Shown here: positions 9,848 to 19,449 of the stretch, piece by piece
Numbering within the stretch: position 1 is the first letter of the stretch
How the letters are laid out: each line of letters opens with the position of its first letter
NCBI GenBank assembly: GCA_963667465.2
Contig: CAXXDN010000002.1
Location: 224,001 to 288,000 of the forward strand
Direction: 5' to 3'
DNA length: 64,000 bases
DNA from: Dehalococcoidia bacterium
Lineage (GTDB): Bacteria > Chloroflexota > Dehalococcoidia > UBA2979
Made by a program: the position numbers and the translations under genes
The notes under the pieces: generated by a model
The model's input: only the letters and a program-made list of their open reading frames with translations
What the model was told of the DNA's origin: nothing
Database searches by the model: none

Positions 9848-10996
9848 CTAGCCGCGGCCGAGCAAGGCGGCGTCGGTGAAGAGGGCGCCGGCGCCGTGGT
9901 TGGTCACCATCGCCACCTCGGCGTCCTCGATCTGGTTGTAGTGGGCGGTGCCGCGCAGCTGGCGGACGGCGGAGACCACGCGCTGCAGGAGCTGCGCCGT
10001 CCCCGCGTGGCAGAAGGACATCGTCCCGCCGTCGGTGACGATCGGGAACTCGCCACCCGGCCGGATCCGGCCGTCCATCACAAAGGGGCCGCCCTCGCCC
10101 AGCTCGCAGAACCCGTAGGCCTCGAACTGGCGGATCAGCTCGAACGAGAATGGGTCGTAGAACTCGCACACGTCCACGTCCGAGGGTTGCAGCCCGGCCA
10201 TCGCAAAGGCCTTCTTCGCGGCCCAGGCGCCGACATCGCCGACGCGGTCCCAGATCGGCGCCATGTGGTAGGCGGGTCCGCGCCGGTCGAGTCCCCCGCC
10301 GAGCACGCGCACCAGCGGAACATCGAGATCACGCGCTCGCTCGACGGTGGTGAGCACGAGGCCGGCGCCGCCCTCGGCGGTCATTGCGCAGTCCAGCAGG
10401 TGGAACGGGTCGGCGACCATGCGCGAGTTGAGCACGTCCTCGGGCGTGATCACCTGGCCGCTGTAGACGGCGTCCGGGTTGCGGCCGCCGTTCGTGCGGA
10501 TCGTCGAGGCGACCTCGGCGAGGTGCTCGGGCTTCGTGTCGTAGAGGTACATGTGCCGCTGGGCGATCAGCGCGAACTCGGCAGCCGTGTAGAGCCCGAA
10601 GCACTCCACGAACTCGTTGCTCGGCCGGGTCCATGGCGCGGTCGAGGGACGAACCGAGTAGGCGCCCGCCTGGCCGTTCGCGATCACCACCGTCTGGCAG
10701 AAGCCCGTGGCGATCGCCGCGGCCGCCTCGAGGACCGACGAGACGCCGACGAGCGCTCCGCCCGTCCAGCTCGGGCGCCCGCCCAGCATGTGGACGAAGT
10801 GCGTCTGGGCTGCCGGCTCCATGCTGGCCAGCACGTTGACGCCGTCGACCTCGGACCCGTCGATCCCCGCGTCGGCCAGCGCGCCACGCATCGCGTCGAC
10901 CGTGACCGAGAGCGAGGTCTCGCCCTCGAGGTGACGCGCGACCTTCGTGTTGTAGGCCCCGACGATCGCGACCTGATGGAGCGGCGAAGCGGTCAT
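9848..10996 (-). CDS. Thiolase-fold protein, SCP-x/Ltp2-like
   Basis: VAIVGA, NPDAV, MVADPFHLLDC, DVDVCEFYDPFS, TDGGTMS and AVRQLRG motifs. Confidence 0.87.
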   Translation of the reverse strand: MTASPLHQVAIVGAYNTKVARHLEGETSLSVTVDAMRGALADAGIDGSEVDGVNVLASMEPAAQTHFVHMLGGRPSWTGGALVGVSSVLEAAAAIATGFCQTVVIANGQAGAYSVRPSTAPWTRPSNEFVECFGLYTAAEFALIAQRHMYLYDTKPEHLAEVASTIRTNGGRNPDAVYSGQVITPEDVLNSRMVADPFHLLDCAMTAEGGAGLVLTTVERARDLDVPLVRVLGGGLDRRGPAYHMAPIWDRVGDVGAWAAKKAFAMAGLQPSDVDVCEFYDPFSFELIRQFEAYGFCELGEGGPFVMDGRIRPGGEFPIVTDGGTMSFCHAGTAQLLQRVVSAVRQLRGTAHYNQIEDAEVAMVTNHGAGALFTDAALLGRG

Positions 10997-11121
10997 GTGC
11001 CTCCAAACGGCGCCTCAGGCGCGGCTGCGGCTTGTCCGTGGGCGATTCTAGCGGACGCGGAGTCGGCGGGGCTGCGCACCGCATCGCGCTGTATCCTGAG
11101 ATCGAGGCCCGGCGCCCACGC

Positions 11122-11197
11122 GCCCTCGTAGCTCAGTGGACAGAGCAGCGGACTTCTAATCCGCGGGTCGCAGGTTCGAATCCTGCCGAGGGCGCCA
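11122..11197 (+). tRNA. tRNA-Arg(TCT)
   Basis: Cloverleaf: acceptor GCCCTCG/CGAGGGC, D arm GCTC/GAGC, anticodon arm GCGGA-CTTCTAA-TCCGC, T arm GCAGG-TTCGAAT-CCTGC, encoded CCA; 76 nt. Confidence 0.97.
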
Positions 11198-11255
11198 TGC
11201 CTCGCAGGCGGCGCCGTCCGCGTTGCGTGCCCTTGGGGCCGCCGGCGCGGTTCCG

Positions 11256-12029
11256 CTACAGGATCTGCGAGAGGAAGAGCTTCGTCCGGTCCTCGGTCGG
11301 GTTCTCGAAGAAGTGCTGCGGCGTGCCCTGCTCGACCAGCGCGCCCTCGTCGAAGAACACGAGCCGGTCGGCGACCTCGCGAGCGAAGCCCATCTCGTGC
11401 GTGACGACGATCATCGTCATGCCGGAGAGGGCCAGTTCCTTCATCACGTTGAGCACTTCGTTGATCATCTCCGGGTCGAGTGCCGAGGTCGGCTCGTCGA
11501 AGAGCATGATCTTCGGCTGCATCGCCAGCGCGCGCGCAATCGCGACGCGCTGCTGCTGACCGCCGGAGAGTTGCGCGGGGTACTTGTCCGCCTGCTCCGG
11601 GATGCCGACGCGGTCCAGCAGCTGCATTGCCAGGTCCTGGGCCTCCAGTTTCGGCATGTGCCGCACCTTCTGCGGGCCGAGCGTGATGTTGCTGATCACG
11701 GAGAGGTGCGGGAAGAGGTTGAACTGCTGGAACACCATCCCGACCTCGGAGCGGATCGCGTTGAGGTTGCGCACGTCGTCGTTCATCTCGATGCCGTCGA
11801 TCACGATCCGCCCGGAGTCGTGCTCCTCGAGGCGGTTGAGGCAGCGGATGAAGGTGGACTTGCCGGACCCGGAGGGTCCGAGGATGACGACGATCTCGTG
11901 CTCTTTGACGGTGAGCGTCACGTCGTCGAGCGCCTGGAAATCGCCGAACCACTTGTCGACGTTCTCGGCGACGATGATGTCCTCCGCATCGGCGAGGCGC
12001 TCGCCGTTGGAACCGGTGTCGGTAGTCAT
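11256..12029 (-). CDS. Polar amino acid ABC transporter ATP-binding protein (AapP/BztD-like)
   Basis: Walker [37 protein letters not shown] and [11 protein letters not shown]. Confidence 0.95.
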   Translation of the reverse strand: MTTDTGSNGERLADAEDIIVAENVDKWFGDFQALDDVTLTVKEHEIVVILGPSGSGKSTFIRCLNRLEEHDSGRIVIDGIEMNDDVRNLNAIRSEVGMVFQQFNLFPHLSVISNITLGPQKVRHMPKLEAQDLAMQLLDRVGIPEQADKYPAQLSGGQQQRVAIARALAMQPKIMLFDEPTSALDPEMINEVLNVMKELALSGMTMIVVTHEMGFAREVADRLVFFDEGALVEQGTPQHFFENPTEDRTKLFLSQIL

Positions 12030-12050
12030 GTCTGACTCCTTCTCATCAGC

Positions 12051-13292
12051 CTAGCGTTCCCCGACGCCCAAGGTGCGCTCGAGGCGCTGCGAGATGCGGG
12101 ACATCATGAACGCCACCGCCCAGAAGACCAGGGCGACGAACACGTAGACCTCGATGCGGAACGGGGTGAACTCGAACTGTGCGATGGCGGAGTCCGCGTT
12201 CCCCTTCAGTTCACGTAGCGGCAGGATCACCGTGACGAGCGTGGTGTCCTTCCAGATTGCGATTGCCTGGCCGACGATCGGCGGGATCGAGATGCGCAGC
12301 GCCTGCGGCAGGATGATCAGCCGCAGCGATTGGAGCCGGCTGAGGCCCACGGCGTGCGCAGCCTCGTACTGCCCTCGGGGCAGCGCCTGCAGCGCGCCAC
12401 GGATCGACTCGGCCATGTAGGCGCCGGTAAAGACCGCCATGACCACCATGGCCCGGACGATCAGCGCGCCGGGCATCACATCGTCGAGGATGAACAGCGC
12501 CACGAACAGCCAGCCGAGCAGCGGGGCCCCGCGCACGACCTCGATGTAGGTGGTGCAGGTCCAGGAGATGGCCTTCATGCTGGAGGCGCGCCCGAGCGCC
12601 AGCGGGATCGCGATGACCAGGCCCCCCGCGATACCAACCGGCGCGAGGACGAGGTTCAGCACGAAGCCGTCCAGCCGCCGCAGTTCACCACCACCGAACG
12701 CGAGCAGGATCACGAGCGCGAGCGGCAGCGCCGCGGCCAGCAAGCCTCCCACGATGCGGATCTGCAGCGTGCGTTGCGGGCTCGCCTCGCGCGGCAGTCG
12801 AACCGTGACCGCGTAGCTGAGGTACATCATGCCGACCGCAGCGAGGAACCAGAGCGACGACCAGAGCGCCGCGCCGCCGTGCGCCATCAGGAAGAGCACG
12901 AAGGCGCCGGCCATCCCGACGAACAGGTGGTCCTTGCGCCCGAAGCTGGACCAGGTGCCGTAGGTGAGCCCGATCAGCGTGAAGACGAACGCCATGCCAA
13001 CCCAGAGCCGCCACTCATCCTCACGCGGGAATTGACCGGCGAAGAGCAGCCAGCGGTTGTCAGTGATCACCCGCCAGTCGGCGTCGATGAAGACGAACCA
13101 GATCGCGCCGGCGAGCAGCGCGCCGACGAGCCCCAGGGCGACGATGGTGAGGAGCACGCCGTTGCGCGAGGGGAAGAGGTTGCGCCGGATCCACTCGCGC
13201 GTCTTGACGGACCACGGGCGCCCCGCGCGTACGCGGTGCGGCGGCAGCACGATGCGGCCTGGCGGGGGTTGGATGGGCATGCCGGTTGCCAT
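12051..13292 (-). CDS. Amino acid ABC transporter permease (AapM-like)
   Basis: Multiple TM segments; YIEVVRGAPL, GQYEAAHAVGL, IILPQALR and KDTTL. Confidence 0.92.
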   Translation of the reverse strand: MATGMPIQPPPGRIVLPPHRVRAGRPWSVKTREWIRRNLFPSRNGVLLTIVALGLVGALLAGAIWFVFIDADWRVITDNRWLLFAGQFPREDEWRLWVGMAFVFTLIGLTYGTWSSFGRKDHLFVGMAGAFVLFLMAHGGAALWSSLWFLAAVGMMYLSYAVTVRLPREASPQRTLQIRIVGGLLAAALPLALVILLAFGGGELRRLDGFVLNLVLAPVGIAGGLVIAIPLALGRASSMKAISWTCTTYIEVVRGAPLLGWLFVALFILDDVMPGALIVRAMVVMAVFTGAYMAESIRGALQALPRGQYEAAHAVGLSRLQSLRLIILPQALRISIPPIVGQAIAIWKDTTLVTVILPLRELKGNADSAIAQFEFTPFRIEVYVFVALVFWAVAFMMSRISQRLERTLGVGER

Positions 13293-13301
13293 CGCCGCCC
13301 C

Positions 13302-14501
13302 CTAGACCTCGTGCACCGTGACGCGCGCGTTGAAGAAGTTCATTACGGCAGAGAGCACGAACGAGATCACCATGTAGGTGACGATGATCACGAAGAACAT
13401 CTCCAGCGCGTGGCCGGCCTTGTTCTGCACGATGTTCGCCACGCGGAACAAGTCGTCGTACAGCACGGCGTAGGCGAGCGAGGAGTTCTTGTTGACGTTC
13501 AGGTACTGGTTGGTGACGGACGGGATGATCTGGCGCAGGGCCTGCGGGAGGATGATCAGCGTCAGGCGCTGGTAGCCACTGAGCCCGACGGCGTTTGCTG
13601 CCTCGGTCTGGCCTCGGGGCAGGGCCTGGATGCCGGAGCGCACGATCTCGGCGATGAACGCGCCCGTGTAGAGCGTCAGTCCCGTCACCAGCGCGGCGAA
13701 CTCCGGGTTGATGACTATCCCTTCCTCGTAGTGTGTCCCGCTGATGATCGGCGCGTCGATGCTGACGGGTGCGCCGAGCACCAGGTAGGAGACGACCGCG
13801 CCGGCGGCGAAGACGACAAAGGCCCGGCGGTTCGGGTTGTGCGGTTGGCCAGTCTCGCGCTCCAGTTCCTGCCGCTGCGCCCGTACCCGCATCGCGGCCG
13901 CGGCCGAGATCAGCAGCGCCAACACCCAGATGCCGGCGATCCAGTCGGGGGCGCCCCAGAGGCCGCTGTTCGGGACCGGCGAGGGAAGCGCCAGGCCTCG
14001 CTGCGAAAGGAAGGCGACATCGCCGATCATGATCACGTTCTGGATCTGCGGCAGACCGACGAGGAACACCGAGTAGACCAGCACGACCTGCACGAGCAGG
14101 GGCGTGTTGCGGAAGATCTCGACGAACAGCATCGCGAGCCGCGCGATCAGCCAGTTGTTGGACAGGCGGGCGACCCCGACCACGACGCCGACGATCGTCG
14201 ACAGCGCGATCGCCACCATGATGGCGCGGATCGAGGACCAGACGCCCACGAGGTACATCGTGATCCGCGAGTTGGTGACGCCGTCGACATCGATGACCCA
14301 CTGGTTGGCGACATTGAAGGCGGCCGGATCGTTGAGGAAGGCAAACCCGAACTCGCGCAGATCGAGTGAGACATACACGTACGCGAGGATCAGCGCAGTG
14401 ATCGCGACGTAGACGCCCTGCGTCGCAAAGTCACGGAAGCTACGCCGGTGGATGAGCGGTACGGGTGCGGCGTCGGGCGGGAGCGCTGTCGCCATGGTCA
14501 C
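13302..14501 (-). CDS. Amino acid ABC transporter permease (AapQ-like)
   Basis: ARLSNNWL, VEIFRNTPLLVQ, AFIAEIVRSGI, GQTEAA and NQYLNVNKNSSLA. Confidence 0.93.
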   Translation of the reverse strand: MTMATALPPDAAPVPLIHRRSFRDFATQGVYVAITALILAYVYVSLDLREFGFAFLNDPAAFNVANQWVIDVDGVTNSRITMYLVGVWSSIRAIMVAIALSTIVGVVVGVARLSNNWLIARLAMLFVEIFRNTPLLVQVVLVYSVFLVGLPQIQNVIMIGDVAFLSQRGLALPSPVPNSGLWGAPDWIAGIWVLALLISAAAAMRVRAQRQELERETGQPHNPNRRAFVVFAAGAVVSYLVLGAPVSIDAPIISGTHYEEGIVINPEFAALVTGLTLYTGAFIAEIVRSGIQALPRGQTEAANAVGLSGYQRLTLIILPQALRQIIPSVTNQYLNVNKNSSLAYAVLYDDLFRVANIVQNKAGHALEMFFVIIVTYMVISFVLSAVMNFFNARVTVHEV

Positions 14502-14540
14502 CGGCTCACGCCGCCCCGGTGGGACGGTGCAACTTATACA

Positions 14541-14579
14541 TGAGAGGGGCCGCCCCGTTAGGTGGGGCGACCCCTCTCA
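14541..14579 (-). terminator. Intercistronic stem-loop after the binding-protein gene (terminator or mRNA stabiliser)
   Basis: Inverted repeat TGAGAGGGG(C)CGCCCC...GGGGCG(A)CCCCTCTCA between aapJ-like and aapQ-like genes. Confidence 0.65.
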
Positions 14580-14610
14580 GCCTACTCCCTCTGTCTAGCC
14601 CGCTGACGAC

Positions 14611-15693
14611 CTAGCGGTACGGCAGCGCGTAGAGGACTCCGCCTTCGCCCGGCGGGCAGTCGACGGACTTGTCGATTGCCAGCGCGTTGAGCGTGCAAGC
14701 GCGCGGGATGTTATCGCCGATCGTCCGAGCGTAGATCTCGCCGTAGTTACCGACGGCGGCGATTGCTCGCTGGATGAACTGAGCGTCGACCGAGTCGAAG
14801 CCCAGCGCCGAAACCGAGCCGCCCTCGAAGGGCACGCCCAGCAGGCGCGCGATCTCGGTGTTCGGCGGGCTCGCGACCATGCCGGCCACGTTCGCCTGCG
14901 TGATGCCGAGTTCCTCGGCTGCGATCAGGCCGTGAACGACCCAGTTGACCACGTCCTTCCACTCGCTGTCGTAGTCGCGGACGCCAGGCGCCAGCGGCTC
15001 CTTCGAGATGATCTGCGGAAGGATCTTGTAGTCGGCGGCGTCGTCCCGCACCGCGATGCGCGACGCAAGGTCCGAAGCGTCCGCAGTCAGCACGTCACAG
15101 CGGCCGGTGAAGAAGGCGTCAGCCACGTCCTGGCTGAGGCCGCCCAGCGGGCTGTACTCCAGGCCGATGTCCGTGAAGTGGTCCGCCACGTTCTGCTCGG
15201 TCGTCGTGCCGGTCTGCACGCAGATCGCAGCCTCGCCCATGTCGGACGTCGTGTCGATGCCCGAGTCGGTGCGGACTGCGAAGCCCTGGCCCGTGTAGAA
15301 CGTCGTCTGCGCGAAGTCGACAGCCAGCTCGCGGTCACGCGAGGCGGTGATCGTCGTCGTGCGGATCAGTACGTCAATTTCCTGGTCGGCGAGCAGCTCG
15401 AAGCGCGTCGACGCGTCCGAGGCGTCCACGTACTCAACGGCGTTCGCGTCGCCGAGCGTCGCGGCTGCGATCGCCTTGCAGAACTCGATGTCGAAGCCGG
15501 TGACCGAGCCGTCGGCCTCCTTGAAGCCGAACAGTGGCTGGGTCTGCTTCACGCCGCAGAGCAACTCCCCGCGGTCCTGGACTGTTGCGACCGTGTTGCC
15601 GGCCTCTGCTCCGCTGTCGCCCTCGTCGTCCTCACAGGCGACGGCGAGCCCCAGCGCAAACAGCGCCAGGATCAGTAGTGTCAGTCTCTTCAT
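14611..15693 (-). CDS. Amino acid ABC transporter substrate-binding lipoprotein (AapJ/BztA-like)
   Basis: Lipobox LAVAC; RGELLCGV, GFDIEFCKAIAAA, ISKEPLAP, VGNYGEIY and C-terminal LYALPYR. Confidence 0.93.
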   Translation of the reverse strand: MKRLTLLILALFALGLAVACEDDEGDSGAEAGNTVATVQDRGELLCGVKQTQPLFGFKEADGSVTGFDIEFCKAIAAATLGDANAVEYVDASDASTRFELLADQEIDVLIRTTTITASRDRELAVDFAQTTFYTGQGFAVRTDSGIDTTSDMGEAAICVQTGTTTEQNVADHFTDIGLEYSPLGGLSQDVADAFFTGRCDVLTADASDLASRIAVRDDAADYKILPQIISKEPLAPGVRDYDSEWKDVVNWVVHGLIAAEELGITQANVAGMVASPPNTEIARLLGVPFEGGSVSALGFDSVDAQFIQRAIAAVGNYGEIYARTIGDNIPRACTLNALAIDKSVDCPPGEGGVLYALPYR

Positions 15694-15747
15694 GGAACCT
15701 CCTCGTTTCGGGAGTCATTCTGACTTCCTGCCCAATTATGGGAGAAG

Positions 15748-15777
15748 ATGATAGAAACCGCGACGGCTGGCGGTCAA
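15748..15777 (-). promoter_or_regulatory. Putative sigma70 promoter of the ABC operon
   Basis: Minus strand TTGACC-N18-TATCAT in an AT-richer intergenic stretch. Confidence 0.55.
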
Positions 15778-15838
15778 ACAGCCCAAACGGGCTCCTGGGC
15801 GGTTGAGACGCGCGGGTCGGGCCGCGTACGCACGAACC

Positions 15839-17098
15839 TCAGGCGACCACGCCGCTCTGACGCAGCCTCTCGATCTCCTCCGCTCCGACCCCGTGCTCCT
15901 GCAGGATCTCCTCCGTGTGCCGCCCAAAGGCCGGTGATCCGGAGGCGATCGAGGTCGGTGAGCGCGAGAGATCGACAATCGGCGCGGCATGGCGCTGGGC
16001 GCCGAGTTGCTCGTGCTCGACGTCCATGAAGTGCGTCGCGCCCTGCGGATCGTCAGCGAGATCCTCGGGGAAGAGCACCGGCGCGGCGGGCACGCCCGCC
16101 TCGGCGAAACGCTGTAGCCAGCGCTCGCGAGTGTCGCCGAGGAGCACCGCCACGACCTTGCTCCGGACCTCCGCCATGCGGATGCGCTGCTCCACCGGGT
16201 CGCCGCCCTCTTCGTCCTCGGGGCTCTCGTCGATGCCGAGGACGCCCTGAGCGGCGGCGCGCGTAGCGGGAGTAAGCGCTCCGATCGCCAACGCGCCGTC
16301 CCGCACGCGGTAGCCGCCGTGGAACGGTCCCCCCAGCGTGTCGTGGTAGCGCATGCGCGCCGCCAGCAGCTCGCGGTACGGGGCGCCCCGGGCTCGCAGC
16401 TCGGCGACCTCGGCCATCAGCGGGTCGCGCACGGCCGCGTCTGTGACCGGTTCGCGCATGTTGAACATGCCGGTCTGGGAGAGTACCGAGCGCAGCAGCG
16501 AGGCGGAGACGATCTGCCCCTCGCCCGTACGCTCGCGGTGCAGCAGCGCGGCGCAGACGCCCATCGCCAGCGCGGTGCCGGTCGAGAGGTCCGCCATCGT
16601 CACGCCGGTGCGCATCGGCGCGCCCTCGTCGTCGGTCTTTTCGCTCATCACCATGGCGCCGCCGTGGGCCTCGGCGACGATGTTGCTGCCGGGCAGGTCG
16701 GCCAGCGGTCCGGCGGCGCCGAAGCCGCTCACCTCCGCGTAGATCAGGTCCGGCCGCAGCGCGGACAGCGTCTCGTAGCCGAAGCCCAGCCGCTCCGGCA
16801 CGCCCGGGCGGTAGTTGTGCAGCACCACGTCGAAGCCGGGCACGATGCGGTGCAGCAGCGCGCGCCCCTCGACGGCTGCGAGGTCGATGACGAGGCTGCG
16901 CTTGCCGCGGTTCAGGTACTGGAAGACCTTGCTCTGCCCCGGGGCGACCGCGCCGGTGGTCCGGAACGGGTCGCCGTTTGGCCCCTCCACCTTTACGACG
17001 TCCGCGCCGAGGTCGGAGAGGTGCATGCCGGCGTACGGACCGGCGTAGATGATCGAGAGGTCGAGCACGCGAGTCTCGCTGAGCGGCCCGTCCGCCAT
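15839..17098 (-). CDS. Family III CoA-transferase
   Basis: RVLDLS, LGADVVKVE, LNRGKRS, HNYRPGV and TMADLSTG (Asp present). Confidence 0.92.
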   Translation of the reverse strand: MADGPLSETRVLDLSIIYAGPYAGMHLSDLGADVVKVEGPNGDPFRTTGAVAPGQSKVFQYLNRGKRSLVIDLAAVEGRALLHRIVPGFDVVLHNYRPGVPERLGFGYETLSALRPDLIYAEVSGFGAAGPLADLPGSNIVAEAHGGAMVMSEKTDDEGAPMRTGVTMADLSTGTALAMGVCAALLHRERTGEGQIVSASLLRSVLSQTGMFNMREPVTDAAVRDPLMAEVAELRARGAPYRELLAARMRYHDTLGGPFHGGYRVRDGALAIGALTPATRAAAQGVLGIDESPEDEEGGDPVEQRIRMAEVRSKVVAVLLGDTRERWLQRFAEAGVPAAPVLFPEDLADDPQGATHFMDVEHEQLGAQRHAAPIVDLSRSPTSIASGSPAFGRHTEEILQEHGVGAEEIERLRQSGVVA

Positions 17099-18462
17099 CA
17101 GGCGCCCTCCTCCCGCGGATCGGGCGCGGGCGGAGCCTCCCAGCCGGCGGGGTAGTACTGCCGCAGCGCGGCGGCCCGCAACTCCCCACGGTGGTCCGGG
17201 TGCGCGATGGCGATCAGCTCCTCGGCGCGCTGGCGCTGACTCTTGCCCGCCAGCCGTGCGACTCCGTGCTCCGTCACGACGTAGTCGGCGAAGGAGCGCG
17301 GGATCGTCACGTAGGAGCCGTCCGTCACCTGGGCGGTGATGCGGCTGACTTCACCGCCGCGCGCCGTCGAGGGCAGCACGGTGATCGCCTTGCCCTCGGG
17401 CGCGATGAACGCGCCGATGTGGAACTCGGGCTGCCCTCCGGTGCCGTGGTAGACGGTGGTGCCGAGTGATTCGGCGCAGATCTGGCCGGTCAGGTCCACG
17501 CTGAGCGCGTTGTTGATCGAGGTCATGCGCCGCTGCCGGGCGACGACCTGGATCTGGTTGACCTCGCTCACCGCGCGCGTCTCGAGCGGCCCGTTCTCCA
17601 GCCAGCGCGCCTCCTCGTCGTTCCAGGGGCCGACGCTCGTGGTCACGTGCAGGCCGGGCTCCAGCGACTTGCGGCTGGAGTTGACCGTGCCCTCGATCAT
17701 CAGCTCGAGGACCGCGTGCGGCGTGACCTCCGAGTGCCAGCCGATGTCGCGCTTGCCGTCGAACACGCCGAGGTCGCCGAGGAAGATGGAGGTCCGCCCG
17801 GCGCCGAGCTGCAGCGTGTCGCCGTCTTCGATAATGCCGTTGACGAACCCGGCGATCGTAGGCCCCTCGGGCGGGTAGTCGCGCGCGGGCGGCGGTGGGC
17901 GTTCGGCAGTCTCGGTGAGTACGAAGGCGCTGACCTCGGTTACGTGCAGCCGCTCGGTCGTGCGCACGTTGGGCAGCCAGGGGCAGACCTCGAGGATCGA
18001 GGTCTGCGCGCGGCGGACAAAGTCGCCCTTGTGCCAGGGCACCCCGCCGAAGTGGATGTAGCCCTCGGCGTCGGGCGGGGCGCAGTTGGACATAAAGACG
18101 CCGATCGGCTCGGGCGAGCCGCGGTCGTCGTAGTGGCTGAACTGCGTCGAGAAGAGCTGCGGATAGTAGTCGGCGCGAAGCGACTCGAGTGCAGCGCGCC
18201 CGCCCGGTCCGGCGTAGACCTCGAGGTTGATGTTGAAGCCGAGCGCGGCGAATTCGTCTTTGAACCACTGTTGCTCGGGGGAGGGTGCGCAGGCCCGGAT
18301 CCGGACCTCGCGGTCCAGCTCCGAGATGCGGGCGATCAGCGCCGGCATCACGGCGTAGGCGTCGCCGCCGATGGGCGTATAGAGCGTGTCGCCGCGCTGC
18401 ACCAGCTGCGCGGCCTCGCCGGGTGACAGCAGCCTCGCCTCGTACTCGTCGCGCCAGCTCAA
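17098..18462 (-). CDS. Acetyl-CoA hydrolase/transferase (4-hydroxybutyrate CoA-transferase-like, family I)
   Basis: DGDTLQLG, WHSE, SINNALSVDLTGQ, GTGGQPEF, DYVVTEHGVA and LIAIAHPDHR; TTG start. Confidence 0.9.
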   Translation of the reverse strand: MSWRDEYEARLLSPGEAAQLVQRGDTLYTPIGGDAYAVMPALIARISELDREVRIRACAPSPEQQWFKDEFAALGFNINLEVYAGPGGRAALESLRADYYPQLFSTQFSHYDDRGSPEPIGVFMSNCAPPDAEGYIHFGGVPWHKGDFVRRAQTSILEVCPWLPNVRTTERLHVTEVSAFVLTETAERPPPPARDYPPEGPTIAGFVNGIIEDGDTLQLGAGRTSIFLGDLGVFDGKRDIGWHSEVTPHAVLELMIEGTVNSSRKSLEPGLHVTTSVGPWNDEEARWLENGPLETRAVSEVNQIQVVARQRRMTSINNALSVDLTGQICAESLGTTVYHGTGGQPEFHIGAFIAPEGKAITVLPSTARGGEVSRITAQVTDGSYVTIPRSFADYVVTEHGVARLAGKSQRQRAEELIAIAHPDHRGELRAAALRQYYPAGWEAPPAPDPREEGA

Positions 18463-18550
18463 ACCGGCCCCCGATCAGCCCAGCCGTAACCGCGCCGCGG
18501 CGCGCGCGGCTTCCGCGCATGGTAGCGCGGCGGCGAGAGCGGACGCGAAA

Positions 18551-18570
18551 CGGCCCCCTCGCGGGGGCCG
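18551..18570 (-). terminator. Putative intrinsic terminator
   Basis: Perfect 8-bp stem CGGCCCCC-GCGA-GGGGGCCG followed by TTT on the minus strand. Confidence 0.6.
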
Positions 18571-18594
18571 CTGCGTAGTTCGCCGTGGAGCCGG

Positions 18595-19383
18595 CTACCC
18601 GAGGAAGCTCGTAACGGCGTCCATGAAGGCGTCGACCTGCTCGATCTGCGGCAGGTTGCCGGCCTCCGGGATGGTCACGAGCTGCGAGCCCGGGATCATT
18701 GCGTTGAATGCCTGGCCGTACTCGGGCGGGATCTGCCCGTCCGACTCGCCCCAGACGACCAGCGTCGGCGACTGGATGCGGTGGATGCGCTTCTCCAGGC
18801 CGCGGTCCGGGAACTGCCACAGGAAGCGGCTGCCCGAGGTCTGCGCACGCGTGCGCTGGATCGAGATCTCCGGGTCGCGCGTGGGCGGGTTGTACTCCTG
18901 CGCGACCTCGGACATGTGGTCGTGCCACATCAGGGTCGGCAGGGTGCGCCGCGGGGTGGCGAAGTAGTCCGGGCAGGGAACCTCATCGATCCACAACCCG
19001 TAGGCGTCGATCAGCACCAGCTTCTCGACGCGGTGCGGGCTGAGCGCGGCCAGCTCGGCGGCGAACATGCCGCCCAGCTCGTGGCCGATCAGCGTGACGC
19101 TGTCGAGGCCGAGCGCGTCGAGCAGGTCGTTGTGGTAGATGACGGTGTCGACGGGCTCGTCGATGAGCTCAAGGCCGGTGGACTCCCGGAAGCCCGGGAA
19201 GATCGGGGCGATCACGCGGTAGTGCTCGGCGAGCCGCTCCATGAACGGGAACCAGCCGTACTCGGCCATCATGTTGTGCAGATAGAGCAGGGGCGGGCCT
19301 TCGCCGCCCTCGCGCACTTCGATCTCGAAGGCGCCGTCCCGGACCGAGACGGTCCGCTCAGTGTGGGTCGTGGCTGTCGTCAA
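18595..19383 (-). CDS. Alpha/beta-hydrolase fold protein with non-canonical triad
   Basis: GGEGPPLLYLH, PGFRES, LIGHELGG and PTLVVWGESD; elbow Ser replaced by Glu and triad His by Asn. Confidence 0.85.
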   Translation of the reverse strand: MTTATTHTERTVSVRDGAFEIEVREGGEGPPLLYLHNMMAEYGWFPFMERLAEHYRVIAPIFPGFRESTGLELIDEPVDTVIYHNDLLDALGLDSVTLIGHELGGMFAAELAALSPHRVEKLVLIDAYGLWIDEVPCPDYFATPRRTLPTLMWHDHMSEVAQEYNPPTRDPEISIQRTRAQTSGSRFLWQFPDRGLEKRIHRIQSPTLVVWGESDGQIPPEYGQAFNAMIPGSQLVTIPEAGNLPQIEQVDAFMDAVTSFLG

Positions 19384-19400
19384 CCTGTACCTCCGTGCTG

Positions 19401-19431
19401 AACCGCCCGCCGGTCCCTCCGGCGGGCGGTT
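19401..19431. terminator. Intercistronic hairpin between the LLM and hydrolase genes
   Basis: Perfect 13-bp inverted repeat AACCGCCCGCCGG-TCCCT-CCGGCGGGCGGTT. Confidence 0.55.
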
Positions 19432-19449
19432 GTGTGCGATTCGTCTTGG

